Shown: one piece after another, positions 29,493-40,089 of the stretch
Position numbering within the stretch: position 1 is the first letter of the stretch
Layout: the number at the start of each line of letters is the position of its first letter
Notes under the pieces: generated by a model
Told to the model about the DNA's origin: nothing
Database searches by the model: none
What the model saw: only the letters and a program-made list of their open reading frames with translations
Origin: an uncultured Verrucomicrobiae bacterium
GTDB lineage: Bacteria > Chlamydiota > Chlamydiia > Chlamydiales > Rhabdochlamydiaceae
Direction: 5' to 3'
DNA length: 64,000 bases
Assembly (NCBI GenBank): GCA_963731265.1
Contig: CAVSUE010000001.1
Span: 1-64,000 of the forward strand
Made by a program: the position numbers and the translations under genes

Positions 29493-30491
29493 ATGCGGAT
29501 TGCTTATTTAGGCGCTGGTACGTGGGGATTTTGTTTGGCTTCGCTTCTCGCTTCCAAGGGAAACGAGGTCGTTCTCTGGACAGCCAATCCTGAGTTTGCA
29601 AAAACTCTCAGTAAAAACAGGGAGCATCCTAAACTTCCCAAAGTCAAGGCGGACGATCGCGTCGAGTTCACTTCCGATTTGAAGCATGCGCTTGAGGGCG
29701 CTGAACTCCTCGTTGAATCGGTAACGTCCAAAGGCATCCGTCCCGTGTTCGAACAGGTACTCGCTCTAGGGGGCGTCAATTGCCCCATCGTCATCACTTC
29801 TAAAGGGATTGAACAAAATAGCGGGCTGCTTTTGCCCGAGGTCGTGGTTCAGGTTCTTGGGGAGCCGATGCGTAAAAATATCTGCTGCTTAAGCGGCCCA
29901 AGCCACGCCGAAGAAGTGATTCAAAAGCTGCCCACATCCGTTGTCGTCGCTTCCTACGATCCCCATTTGATGCGGCAGATCGTCGATATTTTCGGGACCC
30001 CTTTTTTTCGTGTTTATCCCAATGCCGACATGAACGGCGTCGCTTTCGGCGGGGCGATGAAGAATATCATCGCGATTGCTTGCGGGATTTCAGATGGCCT
30101 GGGATTCGGCGATAATACGAAAGCCGCATTGATGACGCGCGGCCTGCATGAGATCCGCAAGCTTTCCATCACAAAGGGAAGCAAGCAGGAAACTTTGAAT
30201 GGGTTGTCCGGCATGGGAGATTTGTGCGTCACCTGCCTTTCGAAGCTAAGCCGAAATTATATGTTCGGCCGCCTGATCGCCGAAGGGGAGCAACCTCAAT
30301 CCGCCCAAGAGAAGATCGGCATGGTCGTCGAAGGCGCATATACCTGTGTTTCCGCTTTGCAGCTCGCTCAAAAAAATCAGATCGATGTTCCCATCACCCA
30401 AGCGATTTATTCCATTCTTTATGAAGGCCTCAACCCGCGCGATGCGGTCAAATCGCTGCTTCAGCGAGCGATTAAAGAAGAACATTTGTAA
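29493..30491 (+). CDS. gpsA: NAD(P)H-dependent glycerol-3-phosphate dehydrogenase
   Basis: GAGTWG, SKGIE, SGPSHA, GGAMKNIIAIA and GMGDLCVTC..SRN. Confidence 0.96.
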   Translation: MRIAYLGAGTWGFCLASLLASKGNEVVLWTANPEFAKTLSKNREHPKLPKVKADDRVEFTSDLKHALEGAELLVESVTSKGIRPVFEQVLALGGVNCPIVITSKGIEQNSGLLLPEVVVQVLGEPMRKNICCLSGPSHAEEVIQKLPTSVVVASYDPHLMRQIVDIFGTPFFRVYPNADMNGVAFGGAMKNIIAIACGISDGLGFGDNTKAALMTRGLHEIRKLSITKGSKQETLNGLSGMGDLCVTCLSKLSRNYMFGRLIAEGEQPQSAQEKIGMVVEGAYTCVSALQLAQKNQIDVPITQAIYSILYEGLNPRDAVKSLLQRAIKEEHL

Positions 30492-30506
30492 TTAAGAGGG
30501 TTAACC

Positions 30507-32012
30507 ATGGCCTTGGAAGGGTTGAAGATCGTTACCGCTCAGGAAATGGTGCGGATCGAGAAAATGGCCTATGCGGATGGCGCTTCCGAACAGACTTTCA
30601 TGGAGAATGCCGGTGATGCTGTGGCGATGGCTGCGGAACAATTTATTCATGAACATGGGCTTCCTAAAGTTGTCACGCTTCTTGTCGGCAAAGGCAATAA
30701 TGGCGGCGATGCTTTTGCCGCGGGGGTCAAACTCATTCAAGAGGGTTATCAAGTGGCTGCCGTCCATATCTATCCTTTGGACCAATGCAGCAGTCTATGC
30801 AAAATGATGCATGACAAATTTCGGTCGCTGGGTGGCAGTGTTCGCAATACATGCGAATTTGGCTCTAAAGGGGTCATCCTCGATGGGCTTGTTGGGACAG
30901 GGTTTCATGGAAAAGCTGACCACGTTCTCGCTTTGGCTATCGAATCTGCTCATCGATCGAATCTGCCCATCCTAGCCATCGACATTCCTTCTGGAGTGAA
31001 TGGCACTACAGGAGAAGTGGAATCTGTGGCCATCCATGCAACTGAAACGATTTTCCTGGGCCTGCCTAAAAGCGGGTTTTTCCTCAAAAATGGTTGGGAC
31101 CACGTCGGCACATTGCGCTATGCGAGTTTTGGCCTCGCAGAAAAATACATCGCCCAAGCTAAATCATTCGCATGTTTGCTCAATGAAGAATCGATGTTGC
31201 TTCCACCCATAAAAAGGACACGGCACAAATACCAGGCAGGTTATGTGATTGCGATTGCAGGCTCGCCCGGAATGCCCGGCGCTGCTTTGCTCGCGAGCTA
31301 TGCTGTATTGTGCGCAGGTGCAGGGATTGTCCGGTTGTTCCACCCTTTGGGCATGGAAGCGGAATTAAGTGGAGCCCCCTTTGAGGTGATTCGGGAAGGC
31401 TGGGATGGGAAAAATTTAAGTCCAATCCAAGAACAGGCCAAAAGAGCAAAAGCTATGCTGATTGGCCCTGGCATCGGAAGGACAATGAAAACAGAAAAAA
31501 TGTTCAAAGCTGTTCTATCTGCCGTCAAACTTCCCATGGTCATCGACGCTGACGCGTTGTACCTTCTTTCTGAAAACCCTTCCTGGAAATTACCGCCGAA
31601 TTCTGTGTTAACCCCGCATCTCGGAGAGATGGAGCTTCTTCTTTCTTCTTCCAAAAAGGGGAATGGAAAAAGCGAAATCGAAATGTGTCAAGCTTATGCA
31701 GAAGAAAAGAAAACCACGATTGTCCTTAAAGGCGCGCCCACGATCTTGTTTCATCCTGGAACTTCTCCGATCGTGATCGGCAGAGGGGATCCCGGAATGG
31801 CAACGGCTGGCTCGGGAGATGTACTGACAGGGATCATCGCCGCGATGATCGCCCAAGGACTCGGCTCTCGCCAGGCCGCGGCATTAGGAGTTTACCTCCA
31901 CGGTCTGGCTGGAGAATCTGCAGCTTCACTCCTCACATCTTATAGCATGACGGCATCGGATTTAATCGATTTTCTGCCTACTGCTTTTAAGTCATTGATT
32001 ATTAATAAGTAA
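30507..32012 (+). CDS. nnr: bifunctional NAD(P)H-hydrate epimerase/dehydratase (YjeF)
   Basis: MENAG, GKGNNGGD, DIPSG, IGPGIG, DADAL, TPHLGE and ATAGSGDVL. Confidence 0.93.
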   Translation: MALEGLKIVTAQEMVRIEKMAYADGASEQTFMENAGDAVAMAAEQFIHEHGLPKVVTLLVGKGNNGGDAFAAGVKLIQEGYQVAAVHIYPLDQCSSLCKMMHDKFRSLGGSVRNTCEFGSKGVILDGLVGTGFHGKADHVLALAIESAHRSNLPILAIDIPSGVNGTTGEVESVAIHATETIFLGLPKSGFFLKNGWDHVGTLRYASFGLAEKYIAQAKSFACLLNEESMLLPPIKRTRHKYQAGYVIAIAGSPGMPGAALLASYAVLCAGAGIVRLFHPLGMEAELSGAPFEVIREGWDGKNLSPIQEQAKRAKAMLIGPGIGRTMKTEKMFKAVLSAVKLPMVIDADALYLLSENPSWKLPPNSVLTPHLGEMELLLSSSKKGNGKSEIEMCQAYAEEKKTTIVLKGAPTILFHPGTSPIVIGRGDPGMATAGSGDVLTGIIAAMIAQGLGSRQAAALGVYLHGLAGESAASLLTSYSMTASDLIDFLPTAFKSLIINK

Positions 32013-32139
32013 GGCTAAAAATCAGCCTTAACAAACTGAATGTTAACGGCTTGATGTAGAAGTAAAAAACTGTTGAATTGTTCAATTATTTTTATTATAA
32101 TTTTATATAATTTATAATTAAATATAATCTGGAGAACAT

Positions 32140-33840
32140 ATGTCGATTCTTAACATAAACAGTCTTAACAGTAATACTTCCTCTGAAGAAGTAAATTTAA
32201 ATTCCCAACAGAGTAGCAATGAAACGCCGATTGGGATTATACAAGATGCAGTGGATAGAGCCTTTGCAAGATTAGGCATTCATTCCGGAAATGGGCTGCA
32301 ACCCCAGTCAAGCAGTTATCAATCTTCAATTATCCCGCAATACAGCTATACAGAATTTCCATCAAATAGTACTCAGAGCGTTTCGTTCGCTCAGTCAACT
32401 GAAGAACAACAACTCGTGAACGAGCTCAATGAGATTAGAAACGCCTTTAGGCATCCAAGTTATCCAATGATGCAGCGGGGTTTGGTAGAACAAGTCTTTT
32501 ATATTTTTCAGGTCCTGGGAGAAGGGCATCCTGTGCGCAACAATTTTTGGCTAAGCGTCGCCCAAGACGTTCCTCGTGCGATCCGAGCTGAATTTTTCTA
32601 TTCCGGTATAGATAGTAGAATATGTATTTGTATACGTGAAGCATTCGGAACTGCAGTGCAAGCTCCACTTGGAACTCCTGCAGAAATAGGGGAGCTTGTA
32701 AATCTGATTAATGAGCGGGATCCCCAGACAAGCAGTTCTGAGCAGTTCCCATTTCCAAGCCAGTACGAACCCAATGGAATGTATGGAATGGGAGATCATT
32801 TTGAGTTCTTGAGGTGGTTTCGAACGGATAACAATACTCTTGCTCACGCCGCTTCTTTTTTGATTAGCAACCTTACTCATTTCTCCAGCAGTTTGGATGG
32901 TTTTGAACAAAGGCTTCAAGGTAATGATGGGGTTGTCGCTAACGCCATTTCTTTATTGAGTAGCAACCTTAGTGATTCGACCTCCACATCAACAACTCAT
33001 TTATCTGCTTCTCTCCAGGCTTTCCGAGACGCAGTTCCAGATGATGTGCTTAAAAGTTTTGATGTCGAGTCGTTGCAAGAAGATTCTTCCTTAATCACTC
33101 TTTGGTTACAGAAACTTAAAACGGGTAAAGAATTTTCTGATCCTCAGATGCGGCCTCTTTTATGCACACGAGTACTTTCCATCTTGCTTTTCGCAACAAA
33201 AAATCCGGAATATTTGGAAAAACTTAAACCTATTCTCGTCGAAGCGACCGGAAGTTGTGTCGATAATGCCTCTCTAGGAGTGAATGATCTTGAAATAGAG
33301 AAAAAAATGATGGAATCGTCTGATTCTTCTCTTGAATATGTGATAAAACTTATTAAGGGATTTTTTAAAATCAATTACCTCAAAGAGTTCGGAGCCCGAA
33401 TTGTGGCGGACCGTTATAAAAATCAACATATCGATGATGTCGAAGTTCAACTCGGTTTACAAGTTGCTCTCAAAGACGAACTCGATCTTCCGGTTGATGT
33501 TCAAGATATGGACTATTTATCCCATTCTACTCTAACGGAACAAGATTTCAGCAATGCCAAAAATGAAGTCGAAGCATCGTTGGCTAATAGCGATGTTTTG
33601 GCCGATTATTTTGTCGCACAAAAAACGTGGACAGATCGCATCGAGAAGGAATTTGTTCAAGAAAAAGTCGCTCTTTTAGGCTCACTCCAAAAAGAAATCG
33701 ATGATCTGGACTCTAGAGCTGCTGATATGCTCAGTGGAGATTATAAAAACCAAGCGGAAGCAATAGCTAAAAAAGCGAATAAAATCAGCGCCGAATGGCT
33801 CAAGAGCAAGACCCTTGAACTGTTGAAACAATCTGTTTAA
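32140..33840 (+). CDS. NEL-domain (IpaH/SspH-like) E3 ubiquitin ligase, putative secreted effector
   Basis: Ser/Asn-rich N-terminus; EATGSCVDNASL (catalytic CxD); DDVEVQL...L...LDLP....M.Y. Confidence 0.75.
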   Translation: MSILNINSLNSNTSSEEVNLNSQQSSNETPIGIIQDAVDRAFARLGIHSGNGLQPQSSSYQSSIIPQYSYTEFPSNSTQSVSFAQSTEEQQLVNELNEIRNAFRHPSYPMMQRGLVEQVFYIFQVLGEGHPVRNNFWLSVAQDVPRAIRAEFFYSGIDSRICICIREAFGTAVQAPLGTPAEIGELVNLINERDPQTSSSEQFPFPSQYEPNGMYGMGDHFEFLRWFRTDNNTLAHAASFLISNLTHFSSSLDGFEQRLQGNDGVVANAISLLSSNLSDSTSTSTTHLSASLQAFRDAVPDDVLKSFDVESLQEDSSLITLWLQKLKTGKEFSDPQMRPLLCTRVLSILLFATKNPEYLEKLKPILVEATGSCVDNASLGVNDLEIEKKMMESSDSSLEYVIKLIKGFFKINYLKEFGARIVADRYKNQHIDDVEVQLGLQVALKDELDLPVDVQDMDYLSHSTLTEQDFSNAKNEVEASLANSDVLADYFVAQKTWTDRIEKEFVQEKVALLGSLQKEIDDLDSRAADMLSGDYKNQAEAIAKKANKISAEWLKSKTLELLKQSV

Positions 33841-33874
33841 GCCGCAATCTATTTCTTAATAGACTGAATTTATA

Positions 33875-34153
33875 CTAAAGCTCTTCGTATACATCCTTTC
33901 TGTGATATACAACGACAATTGTAACTATTTTTTCTTTTTCATTAATTTTATAGACGATGCTGTAGTCACCAACTCTTAGTCTCCGATGACCTTTCAGGCT
34001 ATGACGGAGAGGCTTTCCAAAGCTAACGGGATCGATCTCGAGTCTATCTCTGATTGCCCTCCCAAGGGTCTTTTGTATTGCTTTGAGAAGAGCTTCGAAT
34101 TGATCATGTGCATCTTGATCAATGAATTGTACTACAAACCTAGTGTTTTCCAT
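33875..34153 (-). CDS. RelE/ParE-family toxin
   Basis: PVSFGKPLRHSLKGHRRLRVGDY.IVY...HRKDVY. Confidence 0.88.
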   Translation of the reverse strand: MENTRFVVQFIDQDAHDQFEALLKAIQKTLGRAIRDRLEIDPVSFGKPLRHSLKGHRRLRVGDYSIVYKINEKEKIVTIVVVYHRKDVYEEL

Positions 34154-34371
34154 AACTTGTCTGCGGAAACAGACGGCTTAACTTTTGCTCTTTTTTCGGC
34201 TTCTTCTGCTAATTTAGACAAATAAATATCCTCTCGCAATTCAAGAGCTTCTTCAACGAGTTCTTGTGTAATCTGAGAAAGGGATATTTCCCTTTCCCTT
34301 GATAAACGACTCAAAGCCTGAGCAGTTTTAGGCCTAAATGAAACGTTGATTCTTCGGTGTTTTGTTGGCAT
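34132..34371 (-). CDS. antitoxin (RHH/CopG-like)
   Basis: RINVSF...LSQITQELVEEALELREDIYL; lies upstream of and overlaps the toxin. Confidence 0.8.
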   Translation of the reverse strand: MPTKHRRINVSFRPKTAQALSRLSREREISLSQITQELVEEALELREDIYLSKLAEEAEKRAKVKPSVSADKLWKTLGL

Positions 34372-34443
34372 ATTTAACCTCCTTTCAACTGTATACAGTG
34401 TTCACAAGTCTGATTAAGGATTTACTGAAAATTTATTCAGAAA

Positions 34444-34974
34444 TTATCCCTTCTTCTTACGAGGAAAGGGAATAGAATAAAAAATGACAAGGGAATCGGC
34501 TCCTGGGTTTTTCCAAAGCATCCGCGCATTGGAAATGTGATTGAATTGCGCGCCAAGACGCGCTTGGTTATGAAAAACGTAGGCTAGTTCTCCAGCGGAT
34601 CGGAAGTTGATGGGAAACCCTAGCCGTTTTCCATGGCCGTGATAATAAAGGCCTGGAGCAAAGCTCGGCGTGAAGACGATTTTTTTCCCAAGAAAAAGAT
34701 CGAATGCTATACCCCCGCAAAGAAACATATTTCCGTCCGTTGCGACGAAATATGCCGCGAGCGGGCGCACGTGAAAGTACTTAGAGCTCCAGACGTCCCA
34801 GCGGTATTCCACTTGAATCAGGGGGCGCAGACGACTCTTGTCGACATCGAAAATTCCCGGCCCCACCATCAAGTGCGTGGGGGCAAGGTTTTTTCCCTCG
34901 CTCCAACCTCGCGCAAGACCGAATACCAGAAAAATTAGGATGATCCAGGTATACATGTCACTCCCATATCTCAT
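34444..34974 (-). CDS. lipid A 3-O-deacylase PagL-like outer-membrane protein
   Basis: FRS..EL.Y.F...RLG..FNHISNA...NPG motif; signal peptide. Confidence 0.75.
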   Translation of the reverse strand: MRYGSDMYTWIILIFLVFGLARGWSEGKNLAPTHLMVGPGIFDVDKSRLRPLIQVEYRWDVWSSKYFHVRPLAAYFVATDGNMFLCGGIAFDLFLGKKIVFTPSFAPGLYYHGHGKRLGFPINFRSAGELAYVFHNQARLGAQFNHISNARMLWKNPGADSLVIFYSIPFPRKKKG

Positions 34975-35141
34975 GCACTATTCACCGTGGTATATTTTTT
35001 CTAATTCTGCAAGGATTTTTTGCCACCAGATGCGAGAAAACTCGCTCCCCCTAGTAGATGAATCTCGCCGTTTAAAAATGAAGGTCAGCGTGAAGAGAAA
35101 GAACTCTTACCGATCGATCTGAAGAATGGTAAAAAGCTTTC

Positions 35142-36107
35142 CTAAAAGGGAAGCTTTATTTGGTGATGATCCACAAACCAGTCTGTAAATTTTTTCAGCC
35201 CTTCCCGAAGGGAAGTTTTTGGCTGAAATCCTAAAATCTTTTGACTTTTCGAAATGTCTGCATAGGTGATGGGAACATCTCCTGGCGGCATCGGATGCAT
35301 CATCAGGGAGGCTTTTTTCCCAAGGCAATCTTCTAGAATGGAAATGAATTCCAAGACACTGACGGGAGAACAATTGCCCAAATTGAATATCTCATTTGTT
35401 GCGCCGTAGTCGATAGCAGCCATTGTGCCTTTGACGATGTCATCGATGTAAGTGAAGTCGCGCATCAGCTTGCCTTCGCCAAAAACGGGAAGAGGCTCTT
35501 GATTGAGGATCGCTTTGGCAAAGGAATAATAGGCCATGTCGGGGCGTCCCCAGGGACCGTAGACGGTAAAAAATCGGAGGCCTGTGCAAGCAAGCCCATG
35601 CACGTGATGATAAGAGCTGGCGATCAGTTCATTGCAACGTTTTGTCGCGCCATAAAAACTGGCGGGCTTTTCGACGGGATCTGTTTCTGCGAAAGGAATT
35701 TTAGAATTCATTCCGTAAACAGAGGATGAAGAGGCATAAATGAGCTTGATGTGAGGAGATTGCCGCAGGGCTTCCAAAACCTGCACGAAACCGTTTAAGT
35801 TGCTATGCACATAGCTTTCGGGGGCTTTTAATGAATGGCGGACTCCCGCTTGCGCAGCCAAATGAACGAAATGTGTGATGGAATGTTTCTGCAATTCGTT
35901 TTTGATGCTGTTTTGGTCGACGACATCGCAGTCGATGACGGGGATTTCCATCTCTGCAAGGAGTTTTGTCCGCGCGCGTTTGAGTGAAGGATCATAATAG
36001 TCATTAAAGTTATCGCAGCCAAAAACAGCGTCGCCTCTCAACTTCAATGCGCGGGCAACATGAAACCCGATAAAACCGCCGATTCCTGAAATAAATATCC
36101 GTTTCAT
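35142..36107 (-). CDS. NAD-dependent epimerase (UDP-glucuronate 4-epimerase-like)
   Basis: HLAAQAGVR, YASSSSVYG, YGATK and LRFFTVYGPWGRPDMA. Confidence 0.9.
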   Translation of the reverse strand: MKRIFISGIGGFIGFHVARALKLRGDAVFGCDNFNDYYDPSLKRARTKLLAEMEIPVIDCDVVDQNSIKNELQKHSITHFVHLAAQAGVRHSLKAPESYVHSNLNGFVQVLEALRQSPHIKLIYASSSSVYGMNSKIPFAETDPVEKPASFYGATKRCNELIASSYHHVHGLACTGLRFFTVYGPWGRPDMAYYSFAKAILNQEPLPVFGEGKLMRDFTYIDDIVKGTMAAIDYGATNEIFNLGNCSPVSVLEFISILEDCLGKKASLMMHPMPPGDVPITYADISKSQKILGFQPKTSLREGLKKFTDWFVDHHQIKLPF

Positions 36108-36288
36108 AGTATGTTGCCATATCTTTCGGGCACTTTTTGCAAATTTTGGCGCGTCCATAGGTGCCCCCAGCTATTGGACGCGGAAAAATTTTCAAAAATT
36201 GCCTCGAAATCTACGGCAATCTACTATAAACTGAGCACAAAACTCAGGTTACTAAAAAAATTACATCATATTTATCGAACAGCTGCTT

Positions 36289-37371
36289 ATGCATGGTAAC
36301 ATTTCCCATTTTTTGAGGCCTCTTCAAAAAATTTTCTTGCTCCTGTTGCTTCTTGTGAGCTCCTGCACAAATCCGCCTTATCGCGGCGGCGATGTTCTCG
36401 GAGCTGACGAATTCGTTATGGATTCGTACAGGATTCGCGAGGGGAAATTTTCCATCTTGTCTATGGAGGGGAAAAATTTTGAAGACCTTCCTTCGGATTT
36501 ATTGGAGGAATACGAAGATGTGATCAACAACGGGGATGTGCTGCAAATCGCTATCTATCACCCAAGCAGGACCGATCTGACCGAATCTGTCCAAAGGATC
36601 GGCCAGCTCATCGGATACCGCGTCAGTGAAGGAAAAATTTATCTTCCGGACCTGGAGCCCGTTGAAGTCGAAGGGTTAACTCTGCGCCAGGCCCAAGAGA
36701 AAATTGAGGCCCTTTATCGTCAGCAGATCAGAGATATCAATGTCTTTATCGCTTATAAAGACCGCATTTTAAGAAAAGTCGAGCTGGCGGGGCTCGTTCA
36801 GGTCCCCAATATACCTGTCGATGGGCGGCTGCGTCTTTTTGAAGCGCTTTCCATTGCGAAAGTTCCTTCCAATGCCAATCTTTTTAAAAGTTATGTGGTG
36901 CGCGATAACTCTCTTATTCCCGTCGATCTCTTTAAATTGATAAAAGAGGGCGATATGCAGCAAAACATCGTGATGCGTGGAGGGGATAAAGTCTATATAG
37001 CCGATCCCGCTGCTTCGACGCTGATGGTCCTCGGTGAAGTCACCAAAGAACGCGTCATCGATGTCCCCGACGGTTTCATGACTTTGCGAAAAGCACTCGC
37101 TGAAGCAGGAGGAATTTTGACTTCGGGAGACCGTTCCTATATTCAGGTCATCCGCGGCAATATCCTCCACCCAAAAATTTACACTTTGCATTGGAACCAT
37201 GTGATACGCCTTCCCAACGACAGCATGCTGCTCATTCCAGGAGACATCGTTTACGTAGCGGCCAAACCGCTTTCTGAATGGAATCGGTTCGTGAATGATC
37301 TTTTGCCAACTTTCATTGCCCTGGATTTAATTAGTAAAGGAATCAAAGGTATAGGAATTGTGGTGCCGTGA
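36289..37371 (+). CDS. wza: Wza-like polysaccharide export lipoprotein
   Basis: Lipobox LVSSC, Poly_export region (I..GDVL.I), SLBB repeats and LIPGDIVYV...WNRFV..LLPT. Confidence 0.85.
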   Translation: MHGNISHFLRPLQKIFLLLLLLVSSCTNPPYRGGDVLGADEFVMDSYRIREGKFSILSMEGKNFEDLPSDLLEEYEDVINNGDVLQIAIYHPSRTDLTESVQRIGQLIGYRVSEGKIYLPDLEPVEVEGLTLRQAQEKIEALYRQQIRDINVFIAYKDRILRKVELAGLVQVPNIPVDGRLRLFEALSIAKVPSNANLFKSYVVRDNSLIPVDLFKLIKEGDMQQNIVMRGGDKVYIADPAASTLMVLGEVTKERVIDVPDGFMTLRKALAEAGGILTSGDRSYIQVIRGNILHPKIYTLHWNHVIRLPNDSMLLIPGDIVYVAAKPLSEWNRFVNDLLPTFIALDLISKGIKGIGIVVP

Positions 37372-40043
37372 ACTCTGATGATTTGACTGTGATCACTCTC
37401 TCCGACGTTAAGCTGCTTTTTCGGCGCAACCTATCGAGGATTAAATGGGTCTCGATGATGGGCGCTCTTCTTTGCTTCACTCTCCTACTCCTCCGAGAAC
37501 CTCACTATCATGCCGAAGCCACATTCAAACAAGGGGCGAAGTCGAATGAAATCGGATTGAGCCTGAAAGAAACCTACCAACAGTTATTCGTACCTCCATC
37601 CGAAGGAACGACTGTAGCGATTATGCAGTCAAATCAGGTGCTTAAAGGAGCGGTCGAAGCCCTGGCCTTGCAAGCGGTTTGTCATTCCGATTTAAGAATT
37701 GTGAGAGTGCTAAAAAGAATCCGCGACAATCTTTCTCTGGAGTTTGGGGGATCTCTTTCCGATTTAGACCCTTTTATATTCCGCCATGTTTCTTATCCAG
37801 GTGAAAGACCTCTGAAACTTTTTATAAAATTGGTTGAGGAAGGAAGATATCAGATATTCGATCAGAATAAAAACTTGCTAGGAGAAAGTAAAATTGGAGA
37901 ACGGATTGTATTTTTAGGCACAAAACTCATACTCCAAAAAGCTCCCCATTCTGTAAAAGGCGGCAAATTATATCCTTTGACGCTTCAGCCATTAGCAGAT
38001 GTTTCTGCGTTGCTGAGGAAAAAGTCTTTAAAAATTATTCCTCTCAAACAAGATAAGAACATTTTAAAACTCGAATTCACCTCCCGCAATCGTTTTTTAG
38101 CTGCTGATTTTCTCAACCAGTTGATGAAAAGCTATCAAACCTATTTAAAAAGGGAAAATGATGAGACCTGCCAAGTGCAGATCGACTATCTCCGTCAAAG
38201 ACAGGAAGAGCTGACGCAATATTACGATGAAGCTTTGGTCGATCATGTAGAATACCTTAAAGAGAGTTTACAAAAAAATGGGTTCATCGGTGTCGCACAG
38301 GAAATGGAAATTCTTTCCGAGCCGAAAAATCACTACACATCCAGGCTTTTCGATATCGATCTTGAGCTTCGGCGGGTGTCCGCACAGGAACATAAAAAGA
38401 ACTTTGAAGCGGTTTCTCCCTCTTTGCTTTTAGAGGTCGCCCAGGTCGGGGAGCAAGTCCGTGAAACAAAGCTCCTCCTCGAATGCCTGGAAAAACAAGA
38501 ACAAATTCCCGCTTTGCCTTCCCTTTTGAAAGATCCGAAAAGCGCGATTGCGCTTTTAGTGAAGCAAATTGCCGATTCATCATCGGATAGGCCTTCTTCA
38601 ATCCTTTTGGTCAGAGAGATGATCGGCCAGCTCCTGCAAAAAGGTAAAATTCTGGAAGAGAACCTCGACCTTCAAAAAAAGGAAGATCATGATTTTTCGG
38701 GGATCAAATTAGACACAGCCCAAGAACTTTTAGTCGGGTATACGCGCGAAAGGGACAATTTGCAGGCGCAATTAAGAGAATTAGTGTTTTTGCGCGATCA
38801 AATTTTTCATGCGGACTTTGAGGTAAGTTCTTTAGGAGGAGTCTTAAATGACAGCATCACCGCTGACTTGATTCAAAAGGCGGGGGCTGTCGCATTGCAG
38901 TTGAAAGACAGGGAGAACCGCAGCGAGCGGGAGCACAGCCGTCTCCAGGAAACCCTCCAAACGCAAAAGAATTTTTTATCCCAATACCTCCTTCAAACCA
39001 TTGAGCTCAAAAAACTCAAAGCAAAATTATTGAGCGATAAGACCGATTCTTTGCGCCGCACTACAGCCGGCCTGTTAGAATCGGAAAAAGCATTGCTTAC
39101 AGAAAAATTAACCGAATTGAATCAAAAAATGGGCGACCTTCCCGAAAAACTACGACGCGAGTCAGTGCTTGCGATGAGAAAGGAACTGGGATCCACGATG
39201 CTTCAAGCTGTCTCGCAAATTACCGAGACAAAAAATTTGAATCAGCATATCTTCCAAGCTAACTCAAAGCCTTTGGACTCGGCGTTGCCTCCTATGAGAA
39301 TTCCTTCGCCAAAAATTCTTATCCTAACTGTAGTTTTCGGCCTAGCAGCAGCCCTGGCGTATTATGTTTATCTCTTCTGCAAAAATTTGCTGAAAGGTTT
39401 TCCTGTGACCGAGGAGAATTTAAAAGTCTCGGGTTTCCCCACCACCGGCTCTTTTTCCAAGCATTGCAATGCCAAGCTGCAGGAAATTTCATCTCAAGAT
39501 TTGGAAACCATGCGCCGAATCGTCGAATTTCTCCTTTCTCAGCCTAAAAAGGGGGAAGGTTCTGTTGTGACATGCATAGGCGGAAAATATCCAAAATATA
39601 CTTTGCCTCTAGCTGAATTGCTAGCGATGCGCGGCCTCAAAGTTCTCGCCATCGACTGCGTCTTTGATCAAGTCGTTCACGAAGACGATATGCCGGGACT
39701 TTGGCAATATTTGAATAATCCCTCCCTTGATCTGCCCATCAGGCACTCCCTGATGTTCGACCATTTGCCGAGCGGGGGAACAACGCGCCATGCGGCAGAA
39801 TTCATCGGCAATGCAAAATTTACAGGATTTATTTCCCGCATCAAACAAAGGTACGACCTGATCCTATTATTTAGCAGCGCCGATGCCACGACCGCGGAAG
39901 GCCACGCCTTCCTTCCCATTTCCGACTCGGTGATCGTCACCGCCCAGCAGGAGCAAAAGGATGAGCTCCTCGTTTATCTCAATTGGGCCAATAAAAAAGA
40001 GGCCAACTGTGCTACTTTTGTCTACTCAGAGGAGTTTGGTTAA
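37368..40043 (+). CDS. Wzc-like polysaccharide co-polymerase with degenerate kinase domain
   Basis: Two TM segments flanking coiled coil, downstream of wza; C-terminal BY-kinase-like region (PGLWQYL, LPSGG, YDLILL) lacks a Walker A. Confidence 0.65.
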   Translation: MNSDDLTVITLSDVKLLFRRNLSRIKWVSMMGALLCFTLLLLREPHYHAEATFKQGAKSNEIGLSLKETYQQLFVPPSEGTTVAIMQSNQVLKGAVEALALQAVCHSDLRIVRVLKRIRDNLSLEFGGSLSDLDPFIFRHVSYPGERPLKLFIKLVEEGRYQIFDQNKNLLGESKIGERIVFLGTKLILQKAPHSVKGGKLYPLTLQPLADVSALLRKKSLKIIPLKQDKNILKLEFTSRNRFLAADFLNQLMKSYQTYLKRENDETCQVQIDYLRQRQEELTQYYDEALVDHVEYLKESLQKNGFIGVAQEMEILSEPKNHYTSRLFDIDLELRRVSAQEHKKNFEAVSPSLLLEVAQVGEQVRETKLLLECLEKQEQIPALPSLLKDPKSAIALLVKQIADSSSDRPSSILLVREMIGQLLQKGKILEENLDLQKKEDHDFSGIKLDTAQELLVGYTRERDNLQAQLRELVFLRDQIFHADFEVSSLGGVLNDSITADLIQKAGAVALQLKDRENRSEREHSRLQETLQTQKNFLSQYLLQTIELKKLKAKLLSDKTDSLRRTTAGLLESEKALLTEKLTELNQKMGDLPEKLRRESVLAMRKELGSTMLQAVSQITETKNLNQHIFQANSKPLDSALPPMRIPSPKILILTVVFGLAAALAYYVYLFCKNLLKGFPVTEENLKVSGFPTTGSFSKHCNAKLQEISSQDLETMRRIVEFLLSQPKKGEGSVVTCIGGKYPKYTLPLAELLAMRGLKVLAIDCVFDQVVHEDDMPGLWQYLNNPSLDLPIRHSLMFDHLPSGGTTRHAAEFIGNAKFTGFISRIKQRYDLILLFSSADATTAEGHAFLPISDSVIVTAQQEQKDELLVYLNWANKKEANCATFVYSEEFG

Positions 40044-40089
40044 AAAAAACTCCCCCCTCTGTGATAATGGTGTGTAAAATTATTTTTAT

